Shown here: piece by piece, positions 14,001 to 29,000 of the stretch
Layout of the letters: each line of letters begins with the position of its first letter
Position numbering within the stretch: the first letter of the stretch is position 1
Assembly (NCBI RefSeq): GCF_033153115.1
Contig: NW_026889774.1
Location: 11,098,001 to 11,162,000 of the forward strand
Length of the DNA stretch: 64,000 bases
Source of the DNA: Saccostrea echinata
Taxonomy: Eukaryota
Reading direction: 5' to 3'
Position numbers and translations under genes: made by a program
Notes under the pieces: model-generated
The model's input: only the letters and a program-made list of their open reading frames with translations
Told to the model about the DNA's origin: nothing
Databases searched by the model: none

Positions 14001-17000
14001 CGAAGTTAGTTGCATTGTATAACTGGGTCTAAATAATCCATGGGAAAAAAAGGTAGCAAAATGCCTTATATTGTAAAAAAGATAACGATATTGAAATTTT
14101 TATGGTATTTTTACGTTTTACAAGGTTGATTGTATTAGTTGATATTAAAATATTATATCAATATTGGATGTTGGGAAATGACCATATAAGAAAATTATTG
14201 AAAGTGTTACATTACGATGAAATAAAACAGATTACCACACACATATAATCTTATATATCTCATTTTATTAGGTGGAAATAGATCAATGCAAATTTTTTGA
14301 AGCAATATATGGGTTAGATGTTCCAAAATAAGCTATAAAACAGCATTAATTATTCACCCGCGTGACTAACATTTCCGAAATTTATTCAATATAGTCAGGA
14401 GCAATTTCATTGAGGAACATCAAAGAAAATCTCACAAACACCTGGACATAAATTTCTCCATGAGAATTTTGTTTCATATTTTCTTATTCATTCCCCTTCC
14501 CTGCTTGGATACATAATTAAAGCCTCTGTTTGTTTTTGTCACAGCTGATATTATTTTTTGAAACTTTAATTTTTGAAAAAAGTAAACATTTTAATGGCAG
14601 GTGGTCCATAGTTATGAATAAATTAAGATTTAAACAAAGTAGGTGTGTACCAAAAACAATAACATAAACAAAATTCCATTGGATTTTAAATCTGGAGCAA
14701 TTTGACATTCTCTTCCATCTTGGTAAACTACATGGATCATTAAGTCGACCTTGTTTTTATATCAGATTGTTTTGAACTTTGATTGACAGGGGTTTTAATT
14801 TTGAAAGATTTTAAATTATACCAAAGAGAAAATTCCATACATGCAGTAACGTGTCTCTCACCAACTGCTGCAGTTTTGTCACTCCTATTTGAATTCAATT
14901 TTGAAAAAAAAATATTTTGAGAATGAGAATGAAATCTTTCAAAGCAAAGAAGGTAATCAAAATGAATATATTTCATATCAACTTCCGAAGCTTTGTCAGT
15001 CTGCTTTATTTTGATTAACAAAAAACAAAAATCTTGTGAAATCCATAATTTGTTCAAAATTGATAGATTTCATATCAATATTCATAAAATTTTCATACAT
15101 TTTTTAATTTCATAAATAGTTATTCTTGGCCTCAGAGCATCTAAAGTTAAAGAGCTGATGATTGATATTTCACTTAATGTTGGTATATGTAACACGTTTC
15201 TGTAACAGTTAAGTGATGATCTGTGATTCTGTCAGACAGATGTAATGATCTAGAGAGTTTTTATTAGACCAAGTTATGATCAAAACCATAACAAGATGGT
15301 GCAGTGACATTGCGATCAAGTTCTCTTGCTGGTGGTTTTTTTTTTTCATGATGAATGGTTATATGTAAATATAAGTTCATGTCTGGTCAAAGTGGTAGAA
15401 CACATGGTGCAAAAACCGGCGATACGTACCACAGAACAACCGCATCTCGACAGCAGTATCCCCATATTGTATATCAGCTTTTATCTGGTCTCTAGTAAAA
15501 TCAAAGTATCAGATTCAAAATTGAAAGTTTTCTGCATCATAAGGAAAAATCTTTTCTAGTCGCTCAAGTACAAAATGAAATGCAGAGTGTTTTATGGTTC
15601 ATTAAAGGAAAAGGGTGACATCAAAACACCATAAAAATTGGAATCTCTTTGGAGAGGAATTTCAAAGGTGTTTCAGCTGCCAAAAAAGTTGACATAATTA
15701 TCATATGAAACGAGGTCATAAATACCTGGATTAATTGTTTGTTGGAGTTCTGAGGAGAGAAAAACATTCATTCATTCACCTGTAATTAGTAAAAAAGCTA
15801 CAATAATATTTTTGACATTATGATATGAATAAAACTGTTGTTAAGTTTATTGTATGAAAATGTCATATCTGGGCCTTTGATGTCATACTTTTTTCTTAAT
15901 TATCAAAATTTGAAGAAAAAAAACCAACCCCCTACATAATAGATGGGTTATTTTTTGTGATCAGAAAAAAAGACATCAAATGTCTGTGGAAAATATTTCC
16001 AAAATGTGTATTTCACTTAATTCATATGTTTTGATTTCTGTATGACAATGCATTTTACTGGAATAACAGATGTTCCTGTCTCATCATATACTTTTGAAGA
16101 AAAAAATTTTATCTCTAAAATTCATTGCTGTCATTGGATATTTTCAAATCAGAAAATAAATTGGGTTCTTGAAATTTTTGGATGCTTCCCAAATTGAAGA
16201 CACCCAGACATTTGATCTTCAAAGATTTCAATCAAATTAGACAAGCACTGATAGTTTTCTTTATTAGGGTACCGTGAACTCATCAGGCAGTGGTGATAAG
16301 TTTGAAACATACGAGATTTTCAGTTCCGTATATTTTTTTCTCCCGATAAGAATCATTTGAATGTTTGGAATCACTGAGAGGTACTGAAGTGTAGTGACTT
16401 CGTTCCTTGTGTCTTTTATGTGACAGTTCAAGAGTTCATCTCGGGTTTATCCAAAGACGGCAAATTTGTAAAACCGTAAATCTCCGGCTCTCTGTTGATA
16501 TTTACATGCTTCTGAATGCTACAACTATTGAGTTTCCTTTTAGCATAAAAGAGGTGGAAGACATTGCGTACATTCCTAGCATGGCATAGATTAAATACAT
16601 ACACTCGCTAAATAATGTGTCAAGGATGTTCAAATGTTGATATGAGCAATGTAATTAGATTTGTCTATATTTGGACAAACTTTGGTCATGGTTTCTTTAT
16701 TAGCTTGGCGGATATGATTGAATTGATTTCGGAGGAGCCTAAATCTTCTCATAATAGCTCTTGATGACTTGTGGATATGACTTTAATATTGGAGTGCAAA
16801 GTAACTTATTTGTAAATCTTAATCATGAAACATCAGAATTTTAAATGTATATGCACTCGCTAGGTCAATGGTTTATTAAAGTTGCAGACTTCAGCAAATG
16901 ATTTACAAATATGTCGTCCCTTTTTGAAATTGTAAGAAGTTCTAGATTAATGACTTTATCTACACACCAATGAAATTATATCAACTACTGAAAAAAAAGT

Positions 17001-20000
17001 CCATATGATCCCTGATGCTTTGTTATTTGAAATGCTCATAAATGTTGATCATTGTGTCAAAGAAATGAAGGAAACATGTTGGTGCCTAATCGCGACCCTC
17101 CTCCTTTTGATTCTTACAATGATTAAAATATCAGTTGTCACTACCATTTGTATTTCTCAATTTCAGCATTTATTTTGTAAGAGCGTGATTCTTGATACTA
17201 GAACAGGAAATGGTGAAAATTAAGACATCGTTTTATGGCCCTACACATCGATCCTCACATTTATTTTTTGAAAAAGTCTTAAGTAGATTTAAGTGCAGTC
17301 TTACTGGGTTCGAAGTAATCACTGTAAAGTTTTTTGATGTAAAAAAAAAAGTGATGAAATGATATGATCTTCAATCATCACAATCGCTGCATTTGTCATT
17401 TTCACCAAGAGCATGCCATTTCTGCAGTAAGGCAGGGTTCATTTATCACGGTTGGTAGAACACCTATTAAAATTCAGGGGGATTCTGTGTTTGGATCCTA
17501 ATGTTTGGAACATCACATTTTCCCCCTTCTCATTACATTTGTTGTACCATTATGCTGGAAAAATGAAAGACCTACCAGGAATAAGCCTGGGATGGTGTCT
17601 TTGGGGGGTGATGATATTTCAGGTGGGAGGGAGACAGGTTTGTTTGAGCTCAGTGGGTAGAGCATCTGAGTAAAAGTGTAGAGGACCCCAAGGTTTGAAT
17701 TCTGCCAGTCCATTGCAATTTCTCCCTTCCTATTACATATGAACTATTAGTCCTAGTTTTATGTCAAGTAACCATGGAAAATTTTCTTATGATGCATTAA
17801 AGAGGGGGAATTTTTTTTTAGTACCATTTTATGATTTGAACCACATGTAATAAAACTTCTTTTTTTATGTGATTATAAAGCTAGATATAAAACAAATATC
17901 AGATATCTTTTCATCAGTTTCATACAGAATTTCTGTATGCTTTATGATTTAATCACTGAACACTGAGAGCCAAGAATCAATAGTAGTCACTGACTGAATC
18001 TAACATTGAACTCGGGAGATTTTAACTCTCAGGTACACTGTGTACCTAGGGTTAATGACTTGTAAAGAAGCTACGTAATATTACAAGTCGACTTTTATAT
18101 ATATATTACTTTTGATAGCTAGGTCTTAGATCTTTGGAATTTTTCGTAGATGAGTGATATGTTTAAATGGAAAAATTATATGCAGAATATCATTATCAGT
18201 GGCGGATTTAAGGGAGGGGGCGCACCTGGCACCCCCCCCCCCCCCCCCCAATTTTCAAAGTAAGCATAAATCAAAGTTTTGTCAAGAAAATGTGAAAATG
18301 TCTACTTCTTACCCTACAAAATCTCCAGAATCCAGGAGCTCAAGGCAGCCCCAAGACCCCATGCCTACTTTTTGTCCCCCCCCCCCCCACTTCAATTCCT
18401 GGATCTGCACCTGATAATGCAAGACTTTTGAGCTAAGATAATGAAATGTATTTTTTTTCCCCCTCCAATCATTCATTATGAAAATGATTTTTTTTTTTGA
18501 GTAAACTCAATAAGAAAGACCTTTGATCATGCAGGCTACTAGCTTTATACCTTCTTTGCAATATGTGTAAAATTCATTGTCGAACATGAGAAATAAAAGC
18601 ACAAGATAGTGTGATGTTTATTGCTCTAGGCACAGAAGACAGGCATGGTGGTAATTATTTCTTTGTCTTAATTAATGATGCTAATTACTCATCTCATTAC
18701 CTGTTGGCTGGAGGTCATAATTCACCCCAGAAAGTGGACTGGATTTACACCATGATGGGGGAAAAAAGCCTTTATGTCTGACAAGCTTATATGAAGGAAT
18801 GAAGACGTCATCATGTACTTCAGGCCATACAAAGGAAATTTTGTGTTAAGATTTTCCTCTTTAGACCTATACAGATTTTTTTATTCAAATGTTATTTGAT
18901 TACCTGGTACTTTTTAACTGTCTTCCAAACTGGTAATTTCATTAGAAATGTTGTAAGAATGAAATTTATGTGAGGGATACCTAATTAACACTTATTAACA
19001 AAGAACTGCATGAAAAATATTTTCCACCTATTGGTGGACTCCTAATTATGTAGGGTTATTTATTTATTTATTTATTTTATGGAAATGCACATTTTACACT
19101 GCATTATAAATTTATAATAATGATAATATTTTCTATTCATCTATACAGACCTTTTTCCTCAGTGAGTTCTGTGCAAATTATTTGTGTCAAAAATTGCTGT
19201 AATTCTTTTTTTTTTAACCAGCTGTCAAGCATGTACCAGGTCTTATGACAATTTTAAGTGATTATTATATATTTATACAGAAGATGAGAGAGACATTTAC
19301 TCTCATGTGGCCTGTCACTTGATGTGCCTTGACTCCCGTCCTGACCCAAACCTAGCCGACCAGTGAGTCGAACATGTTACCACCACACCTGATGGGGGAA
19401 ATTTATCTTTTAATCTTGTTGTCTTGTTGTTTTTGGGTGTTGTTTACCTTTATACCTGTCATATTATGACAGTAGTATTTGCTATAGTAAACCGCCCACA
19501 TCAACATTTCACTGCTTAGGGGAAGGGGGTGTGTGTTTCAGAGAAGTTTATGTACCTATATATAGTCATTACAGGTATTTAATGGATTAAGGAAAGTCAG
19601 ATGCTATAATCCCCCATGAGAGACAGATTTAAAAAGGAAAGAATTTGTCAACTCTTCAGTTACATAATCTTTCTTTTTGGACGCTTTAATAGTTTACACA
19701 GGTCTTCTTTCATGTGGTCTGTATTAATAGTTTATCTGTGGTTTTATTAAACATACTTGGGAAAGTTTTGATACTATGTCAGAAAGAAAATATTCAAGGT
19801 AGTAAAATTTAAAAGGACACCCCAATGCACGGCCTGACACTTAATTAAAACTACTTCATTAATTTGTCTTGTTAAAAACAAGGCAAATTTAGATTGAAAA
19901 GAAGCAGGTTTCTGGCTTTCTTCTGAGCCTATAATCTCACTTTCCCTTTAATTTGTTTGATCAACTACGAAGAAAAATAACACATCTTTAATCAATTTTA

Positions 20001-23000
20001 TAAATCTTGCAATTTTTTTCTAACTTTGATCTTCCGTAATGGAAAGTGACAAGATAAAGGCCATAAAAGATTTGGAAGGTTCACAGAAGCCATGGCTGCT
20101 GGCTATATATATCAAACATTCCAATTTGTTGATGTAGTATAAAGTTGTCCAAAATGTGTTAATCGGTGTATCTAGGATAAAAACTGAATGCTATTTGACA
20201 TAACAGGGCTCTAAGTTGACATACATAGGTACAGCTATCAGTGTTCAAACTATAAACACCTATGTTCTGGTGATAAGAAACTTCAAAGGCACTGGATTAA
20301 TTTTAAAATCACCCACCCATTAATGCTAGTAACTTGAAAAGGAAGGTTTAAGAAAGATGTTATTGGATGTGAAATCATTTGTTATGGAAGATATGTAGTT
20401 TACAGAAATATTGGGCTTATAGAGAGAGAGAGAGGGGGGGGGTCCATATTGAGCTAGAAAGCTGAAATAAAATTGACAATTTTGAAGTTCACATTCAGCT
20501 ATAATATAGCTTGACAGAATAAGAAAATTCTATAAAGGTGGGCTTTGGTTAACATATGGGAGGAGAGAGAGAGAAAGAGGGAGAGAAGCTTTTAGCTTGA
20601 AAGCTGAAACTGTGACAAATTCCAAGTACTAGTGTTTATATACATGCAATTTCTTTTGTTGACACAACAATTCATTTCCAATTAAGAATTCCAATTAAGA
20701 AGGATGTTTTTTACCCCCTGAAGGCTCTGGTGCTAGACACCCTGTAAACTTTACTCAGGATGAATGGATTAAGGCAGTCTCTATTATTGAAAGAGCTCAA
20801 TGCTACCCCTAATGAATTTGACAGTAGTCAAACAAAATGAGGACAAAAGAAATGTCTGTGAGACTCTCTTGTTCCATTGCATAATGAAAATGATTAGACA
20901 TAAGATATTAAAGACTTTTAATTGGCAGTAAGGAGATTTTCAGGTCGTGGCTTGTACACTTTGAATTGTGAAGTTCAACTGCTCCATATTTTTTGGGGGG
21001 TACACAAATGGGAGGAGGATGCAATGGCTTGTCCTGGATTTTTATTTAATTGGTTTGGTGTGCTTTTCACTAAATGGATAAGTTATCTGCGGATGAAGTT
21101 GACAAGGACAGATAGAAACAACAATAAGAGGAAGAGTAGCCAAATGTTTTACTTCAGTGCTGATGTTTCAAACAGTAGTGGAACAAAAGGGTACAATTGT
21201 GGGAAAAAGCAAAGAAGTTTTGTGGAGAGGTTCCAGGGCAGGCAAAATTCTGACCGATACGATGGTTTTTATAAGTACAAGGGTACATCTTCCACTAAAC
21301 GTAGAAGGGTTAAAATATCAGGTTGGTTCAATATCTTCAAAGCCTAAAAGGCTGTACAAAAAAAGAGTAAAAGTCGTAGATTAGGTCGAATTATCAGATT
21401 TAATATGGAAAGAAATTCAATGCAATTTCTCTATTTAAATATGTCATTTATGATATTCTTTGGTGAAATTACAAAAAAGGGAGAAAATTGCAAAATGAAA
21501 AGAATCAACTCCAATCCACAGTGTCAAGTGAGCTGTAAGATAGGTACTAAATTTGGTGTTTCAATGTGTTGTGTCACCGGGTGCCAAATCACAGGGGGCT
21601 AACCTTTGTGTACATTGACAAGTAAAAGCCATCAAGTCTGCATAATACAAAGTATGTCCCTGTGTTTCATTGAGGAGTCCAATGACAGGAACATACAAGG
21701 TTACACATTGGACTAATAACAGTTTATTGCTTTCACACAGTACTACATGTATATTGGTGGGGGGTTGATTAGAGTCTTTTATGGGTGTTGTAGTGTGAAT
21801 GGATGGCCACTGGTCAATAAGTAATGGTTGACATGTGAGTAAAAATATACATTGATATCAGATTGGCCATTACAATAGCATACAGTTCTGATCACACAGA
21901 ATACGTTAAATAACATACCAGATCCCCCCCCCCCCCTTTCCACTGCAATATATAAATGCACCATATTGTTTTTAAGGTCAAGATCTAGTAAATGACTTTA
22001 GACCGTCTTTTCGGTGCTAGATCCATTATGACGTCATAATCAATTTAAACTTTCCTTTTCCCGTACTTTACAGCTCAAATAGAATTATGTAGAAAATAAA
22101 GTATTTTCATGGCATTCAATTTGAAATCATGTGAAAAGTAATCCCGATACCTATATTCAATTTTACATTGTTTCAAAGAAGAGACTAAGAACATACAAAT
22201 TACCGTTTTCTGAGAGACTGTAGGCAATCTGAATACATTTCCTTCATCTGATATGGAAAAAAACTCCCATATTCGTGACTGGCTTTCTTAATTTTTCATT
22301 GAAAATGACAGTTTACAAGATGGTTTTTCATCTTGTTTTCTTGCAAATTATGCCCCGATACACCTTATTTGACCGAGCTATAGTTATAAAGCATCATAAA
22401 AGGAATTTATTTCTCAACTTTGAGAAATCTGTAGGCTCTTTTCATTTACTAGATCTTGACCTTAAATGGCTAGAATTATTTTGTGTTTGTGTCAGACAGA
22501 TAGTTCCTGTCACTTTTTACTGTTTTGAAGAACGAAACAATGATAAATTGACTACATCATATGTTGTGTTGTAAATTTTGTTTTGAATTTATTTTGTTTT
22601 TGAAACCCTTTTATTGTTTTGGAGGAACAACAGTCTTAGACAGAGGTTCATCTTAAGTATACAATGAACTTGGTGTAACTGATTCTGAAAAGTTTTGAAC
22701 ATTTCATAAGATACTTTCATTGAGTGTCACACAAAGAAAAATTTAAAAAAGAAAACAGCTTAAAATTGCTGTATCATCCCTTAAAACTGTGTGAAAAAAA
22801 ACCTTACAATCTGAGAATTGAAGATCAGTTGTACAATAGAGCTGTGCAATATAGTACATGTATATGCACTTTTTAGGATGCAACTTTTAATACCTTCCAA
22901 AAAAAAATAAGAAAAAGGAAAATGTCATTTCGTGTTAAGGGTGATACAGAACAATGTAAAAGCTAGCTCTTATAAAAATCCTGAATCTCATTTTTCAGAA

Positions 23001-26000
23001 ATTGAGTCCATAGGACCAGCTCCCATTACAACAACTACTGTTTCTCGTGCAACTTCTGTGGAAACGCTGAACCATGACAACAAGAAAAACTACAACAACA
23101 ACAACAACGTTAACAACAGCAGCAGCAGCACTGCTGAAGTTCAAGTGGACAACATACCCAAGGAAAAAAGTAAAGAAGGTACTGTATAACACAACAAATC
23201 AGAGATTTAAGGACATATTGGGTAACAAATGGGTGGATGAAAGGGGAGGGTTGATGGGGTATGGGTAGGTGAAATTGGATGGTAGATGGGGAATGGGTGG
23301 GTGAAGTTGGAGGGTAGGTTGAAGAAAGGGGAGGGTAGGTGGGTGGATGGGATGTATGTGTGTAAGGGATTGAGGATAATTGAAATTCTGAAGTTTTTGC
23401 TGTACTGAATTTATGAAAGAACATGTGGCTCTATAAGACGAATACAGAAAACAATTAGATCATTAACTTTGTTGATGTATCACTTTTTTAAAGAGATTTA
23501 TTCCATGATCTGAAGTTAGAAGAGTTGAAAAATTGAGTATAATGATTTAAATGTTTTCAGATATATACAAAGAGGCATTTGAGCACTACAAAGAAACGGA
23601 GGAAAAGAAATTCAACTATAAGTTTGACTCCCTCCTCCAGGAGCTTTACCAGTCTCTAGAACAACCTGTCCTCAATGGAGGTTCGAGTTACGGCAGTACC
23701 TCATGTAGGTATCCCTTGTCTATAAATAACATAATGACTGTAGAATGGGAAAACTGACAATGGGTTTAGAGTATACTGTCAAAAGCTGGAAATCAATAGA
23801 AGTCAGCCTCCTAATGTAATGTATTATGTATGGAGTTTGATTAAAGAAAATCATTACTTTGCAAATTAAGAAATATTCTACCTGCATGCCATTGTAATGC
23901 AGTACCAAATTGAATTTTGCATCTGATAGAGTGTGATATATATGTTTGTATTACAAAACTTTGTATCCAAGACTACTTTGAAGATTATTAATTAATTTTT
24001 TCCTGAAGATAAGGCAAAGTCATTCATTCATAGAAAGGAACAATTTGATTGAAATCCAGTAGGGATAGTGGATTTCAATGATATGTACTGAACTGTTGTT
24101 TTAAAAAAATGTTGTTTTTTTATGTCCATTTTTTACACAGCACATTTTCTCGTTGTTGTTGTAGATGGGGAAGTTTTAGAGAAGTACAGGTCACGGTTAC
24201 GAGAATTATTGGTCGGTGTCTCGCAACGCTTGGAAATGGCTGTGGAAAGTAGGTTAAAAAAAACTTAAAGAAGACATATGTTATTGAAAAATTGCAATGG
24301 GTTTACATTTGTGTCTTGGTTGCTAGCAAGGGTGTACTATTTAAAAAAAAAAATCTTTTCTATTAAGGAAATGTGATTAGATGGACTTCAAAAAGGAATA
24401 AGGAAAAATATCTTTTTGAAACGGGGGTCAATTTGTAGAAATTTACTTTTTTGTTAGATCACAGAGACACTTAACAAATATCAAACAAGTGGTAAAAGTT
24501 CATAATCTAAAATGCCAGCAAAACGGGTAGGTGTTTTTAGAATCTTTGGCACACATTTAAATTTTTAAATAAATGTTGGATTTGGATAAAAAGGTGTCTA
24601 TTTCACTACAAGATAAATACCCTTCAAGGAAAAGTGATTTTAAATACATTTTATTATCCCCTTACTTCATTAATGAGTACCTGATTTTTTCTGTAATCTG
24701 ACCTACTTAATGAAACCCTTAGTGTTCAACTTAAAAATTTTCATGAGTATAATAGAGAAATATACACCAGGTAAGGGCCCTGTTTTCTGGTTCCCTTCAA
24801 TCCGAACAAAATCCTAAAACAAATATTTTGGGGGAGGATTTCAAACTTGAACACCCACCCAATTTGATATTGAGGCATTCTTGCCAGGTACTTGGGATAT
24901 TTATGGTCAGAAGCACTCTAATTGTCTGAAACTTTAGTGTAGACCCCCAAGAGAAAATCCTTTTATGGGTAGGCGTTTATCAGTAGCGACTAAGTGCTTA
25001 TGATAACTTGTCTCTTTGAGGACTCTTTAACTTGACCACTTTGCGGTGTTATACCTATTTGTTCTTGTCAACATCTAATCATAACCTTTAACTAGCTCGC
25101 AAATCATAAACCTGTCATTTTTACTCGAAGATAAATTTTTTTCATTTAAGTTTTATTGGATCCAAGACACATGGTTTTCAGCTGGAAATTTTTACTAAGG
25201 TTGAATCTATATATAGATAAAAAAAAAAAATTACACCAAAACTGATCAAATGTCCACATTTTTTAATTAGCACAAAAAGTTTTCAAAAGAATAAAATTTC
25301 TGACAAAACATCGATAACAGATGTTGTTTTTTTTTTCAGTACCAGTATTTTTCACTATTTGTCGTAATCATCTTTTTCATCAACATTCGACTTAATACAG
25401 AGGGGTCACGGCAGATGTAATAGGAACATATTTTATAGACTATGAGCAAAAGTACATGTATATAGAAAAGAAATAACATATTTTATTGATTATGAGCAAA
25501 TAAAGTACATATAAAAAAAGACATTACAAAATGACTACCTCAACAGTGATGTAGTTTCATGAGAGAGAGAATTAATAATTTTAATTTAATTATGTCTTCA
25601 TTTTAATTAATATTTGTACACTTCAGGTTTTGACAGTACCCCTTCCCAGTCAGCTGTGGACACTGCTCAGAAGGTGAAAAAACTGGTCTCCAAGTTGGTA
25701 GAAGAGAGTTTTGGAGAGTCCATTGACGTTGTGAGTATCTTAAAGAAGAGTGGAAGTGGAACTGTTCAGTATGTGGCAATGTTGTATCAGATATTAGTAT
25801 TGCTGTACCAATGAATCATTGTGTTTAACATTAAGTTCTAATGGAAATGAGGAATTGCATATACTGGTGACATTATTAAGGTGGGGACAAATCACATAGA
25901 CATTTCGAAAATGTAGCAATTATAACCCTATGAACTAGGAAACAGTTTTTTACAATAAGATTTAGCTTTATTTATTAAGAAAATACAAAAAAAGATTGAA

Positions 26001-29000
26001 ATTGATACTATCATTATAAGGTCTATTAATCAGAATTAAACAGCCCTATAGTATTAATTAAGATGCTGCCTTAATTAAAAGCAATTGTTGAGCTTTATTT
26101 GCATTGTTCACTTTGAATCCCATTCAGGAGGAAATTGTGACCACAAAAATGTGTTATGAATGACTAAAATTGAAAACTATTTTTCTGTGGTTAAATTAGC
26201 ATTTATGTGGGATATTAAAGTTTATCTATTTTGGTATACCTAATTATCTTGTGTTTCTGAGTGGCAGTACTAATTTCTGCCCATAAAAAAGGTGTAAAAG
26301 TATGATAAAACTTGAATGACTCAATTGGACATTCTTTCTGAACATAGAAAGCAGCTGGTTCAATCCTAAAATATCATGCATTCTCTCCAAAATAGTAATC
26401 TAAAAATACCATTGCATATACATGTATGATTAATGCAATTGCACTCTCATATTTATTCCTATTTTGGACTGCACCAGTATATGGATGCAAAGTGTTGTTG
26501 AAATGAATTTTTCTTCTAGAAACATATTGTCATAGCATTATATCTGTATTTCCAGAATCTTATCTCCTTTCACTGGTCCACAACTCCCCTTATTTAAAGT
26601 CATCATGCAGAGTCATCTCCCTTTCCTGTAATCCATTATGCAACATTTCCTTGTTTGGTCAATTTATTCCTGTTTAATGTCTACTTAAACAGATAAATAT
26701 TGACATGTTAAGTTGCCCTGTTAGTCCCTATGTACAGGTAGATTGTATCAGTTCAGTAGCTTTGTCATCATACCAACTAATGATATCCCTATGTTTTATC
26801 TGTAGGGGTTGTATCATAGGTCTCATTTTGGTCCCTGATGTTTAATTCATGCTTGTTTTAAAATAATTCATGATATACATCTATGAAGTTTGTTTTTTGG
26901 CCAACCTTTCTAGAACACGTTACATTTAGGAAAAACTGGTAGTTATGAATTATTTTAGAACATTTTAGTGAGGGATTTATTATGGGTTTGGTTACTATGT
27001 AAGAACACTTTTGATATGCTCCCTTATTGATAGCCATTAATTTGCATTGATACTTGGCCATACACCTGCAATTTCAGGTAACATTATTTATTTCCAATTT
27101 TAGTAAGAAATATTCAGAATGCATTTCTGTAAAATGTGCTCTTAAATGATTATATGTATATATGATGAAGAAATCAGTGTGTCTTTTAAAACTAAAATTC
27201 CATTTGAAGGTGCAATTTATTATGCTGAACGTACATTAATTGTAAACGGGTTTGTATCCTATGATAGGGTTTTAAACTGAGTGTCCACTTTTTATCAATT
27301 TTTTTCCCCTATGGAATATGTTTGAAGAAAAATTTTGATTTTTGCAAGCATTATAAAATTGCTTTATATGAAGAATTATGGCACCTAGCTGAGTTTTTAC
27401 GAACCATTGCTTTATTAGATGAATCTGATAAAGTATAAATCTTGTCTTTTCTAATAAGGATGTTGCTTTATTTCCCTTTAACTGTAGATAAAAATTTCCC
27501 AAGGCATTAAATAAGCTGTAATTTGTTTTTCCTGACAAAGTATTATTTTTTTAATTTATTCATTAAAAAATCTACAAAATAAACCTGTTAATTATTTTAT
27601 TTATAGACCTCTGATGAAGCTGTCTCAGATCTGTCCTCACTATCGGATGATTCCTGTGACCACCAAGTGAAATCATTCGAGGATCAGCTCGCTCATGCTG
27701 TGGTAGCCAGGGTAAGTTTATACAATCAACAGTCATTATCTCCCTTTATTCTGCAGATTTTACCCAACATGCATTTCTCTACTTTTTCATATATGACGAA
27801 TCTGTATTTGGCCAGCTTTTTTAAATGAAAAGAATTTAAGACAGTATTGGTCATTATCTTAAGCCACAGTTTAATTTGCTTTTCCTTTTGAAGATGGAAT
27901 TAATGTTATTGTTGTTGACATTATTCTTAAGTAAAGTGACCATCATGTTTGATGTCACTAAAAGCTAATGATAAATTCAAAGATAACACTAAATGACAGT
28001 TAAAAATGAAATATTGCAGCCATTAGAAGTTTAGAACCTTTGGAAATCTACAGTACATATCCTTTGACCTTGGGAATTGGATAAAGTAAATTTATGTGCG
28101 ACCCCCATCTTTATATTTTGTCACTTAATTGAACCATATAATCTAAAGTTGATATTTACATAGAAAACGTATGTGAAGAGTGCCCTAAATCAAAAGATCC
28201 TCCTTTGTCAGTGATAGATCTTGGAGGCCATCATGTAGATAGATAGGTGTCATAATACATGAACTAGAGGACATAAGCAAAGGACGTTCTTTCATAAGTT
28301 TTTTTCGCTCGATCTTTACAATTTATGAAACACTGGTTTCTTCTGAGGCTTTTATAATTTGTGCTGATTGGAAAACAGTTGCAAACAAATATATATGGAG
28401 ACTGGTTTAATTAGTTTGTTTGCTTCTTTACATGTATGATTTTCAAATGGAGAATTTTTCGCTGGGAATTAAAAATTAAATCTTGAAAAGTTCTGGATGG
28501 ATTTTCTATTTCCAAAAAGAATGAAAAAGGAATTGGGCTTTTTAAAAAAAATGCAAAAAAATGTGATCATGCAACAAAGTAGAATGAAATTAATTTCTCC
28601 GTAATAAATGAACAACATTAAATGAGGGACTACACTGTCTTTTGGATTTTGATCACCATGTTGGACACATCAGAAATAATAGTTGTGTGCATTCTAGTGC
28701 ATATTTACTTTGTTATTTTAACAGTAAGGTTAAATTTTATACTTCCTGTTGGAATAAAATATTTCTTTGAAGATTTCATTATAATATTGTATACAAGGCT
28801 CGTAAGGAAATGTTGAGTCACCTGTGCAATTTATGTCCTTGTCTTCAATCATTTTTATATGTAATAATAGCAATAATGAACTTTGTAATGGATAGTGAAT
28901 GAAAATAAGTTAATTTCTTTTTCTTCGTTTTTAGGTACTAGAAAATTTTGGCAGAGATAGAAATATAGACATTCCATTAGACTTTATAGATGGAAATGCT

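Noticed and set aside
3222-15559. Numerous 60-120-aa ORFs in the track (e.g. 5781-6143, 8197-8553, 14740-15057)
   Set aside because: AT-rich intronic chance ORFs with non-ATG starts, no motifs and no compatible splice sites.
22995-23424. Poly-V/A, poly-T and poly-C ORFs
   Set aside because: Alternative frames of the AAC/AGC microsatellite and G-tract.
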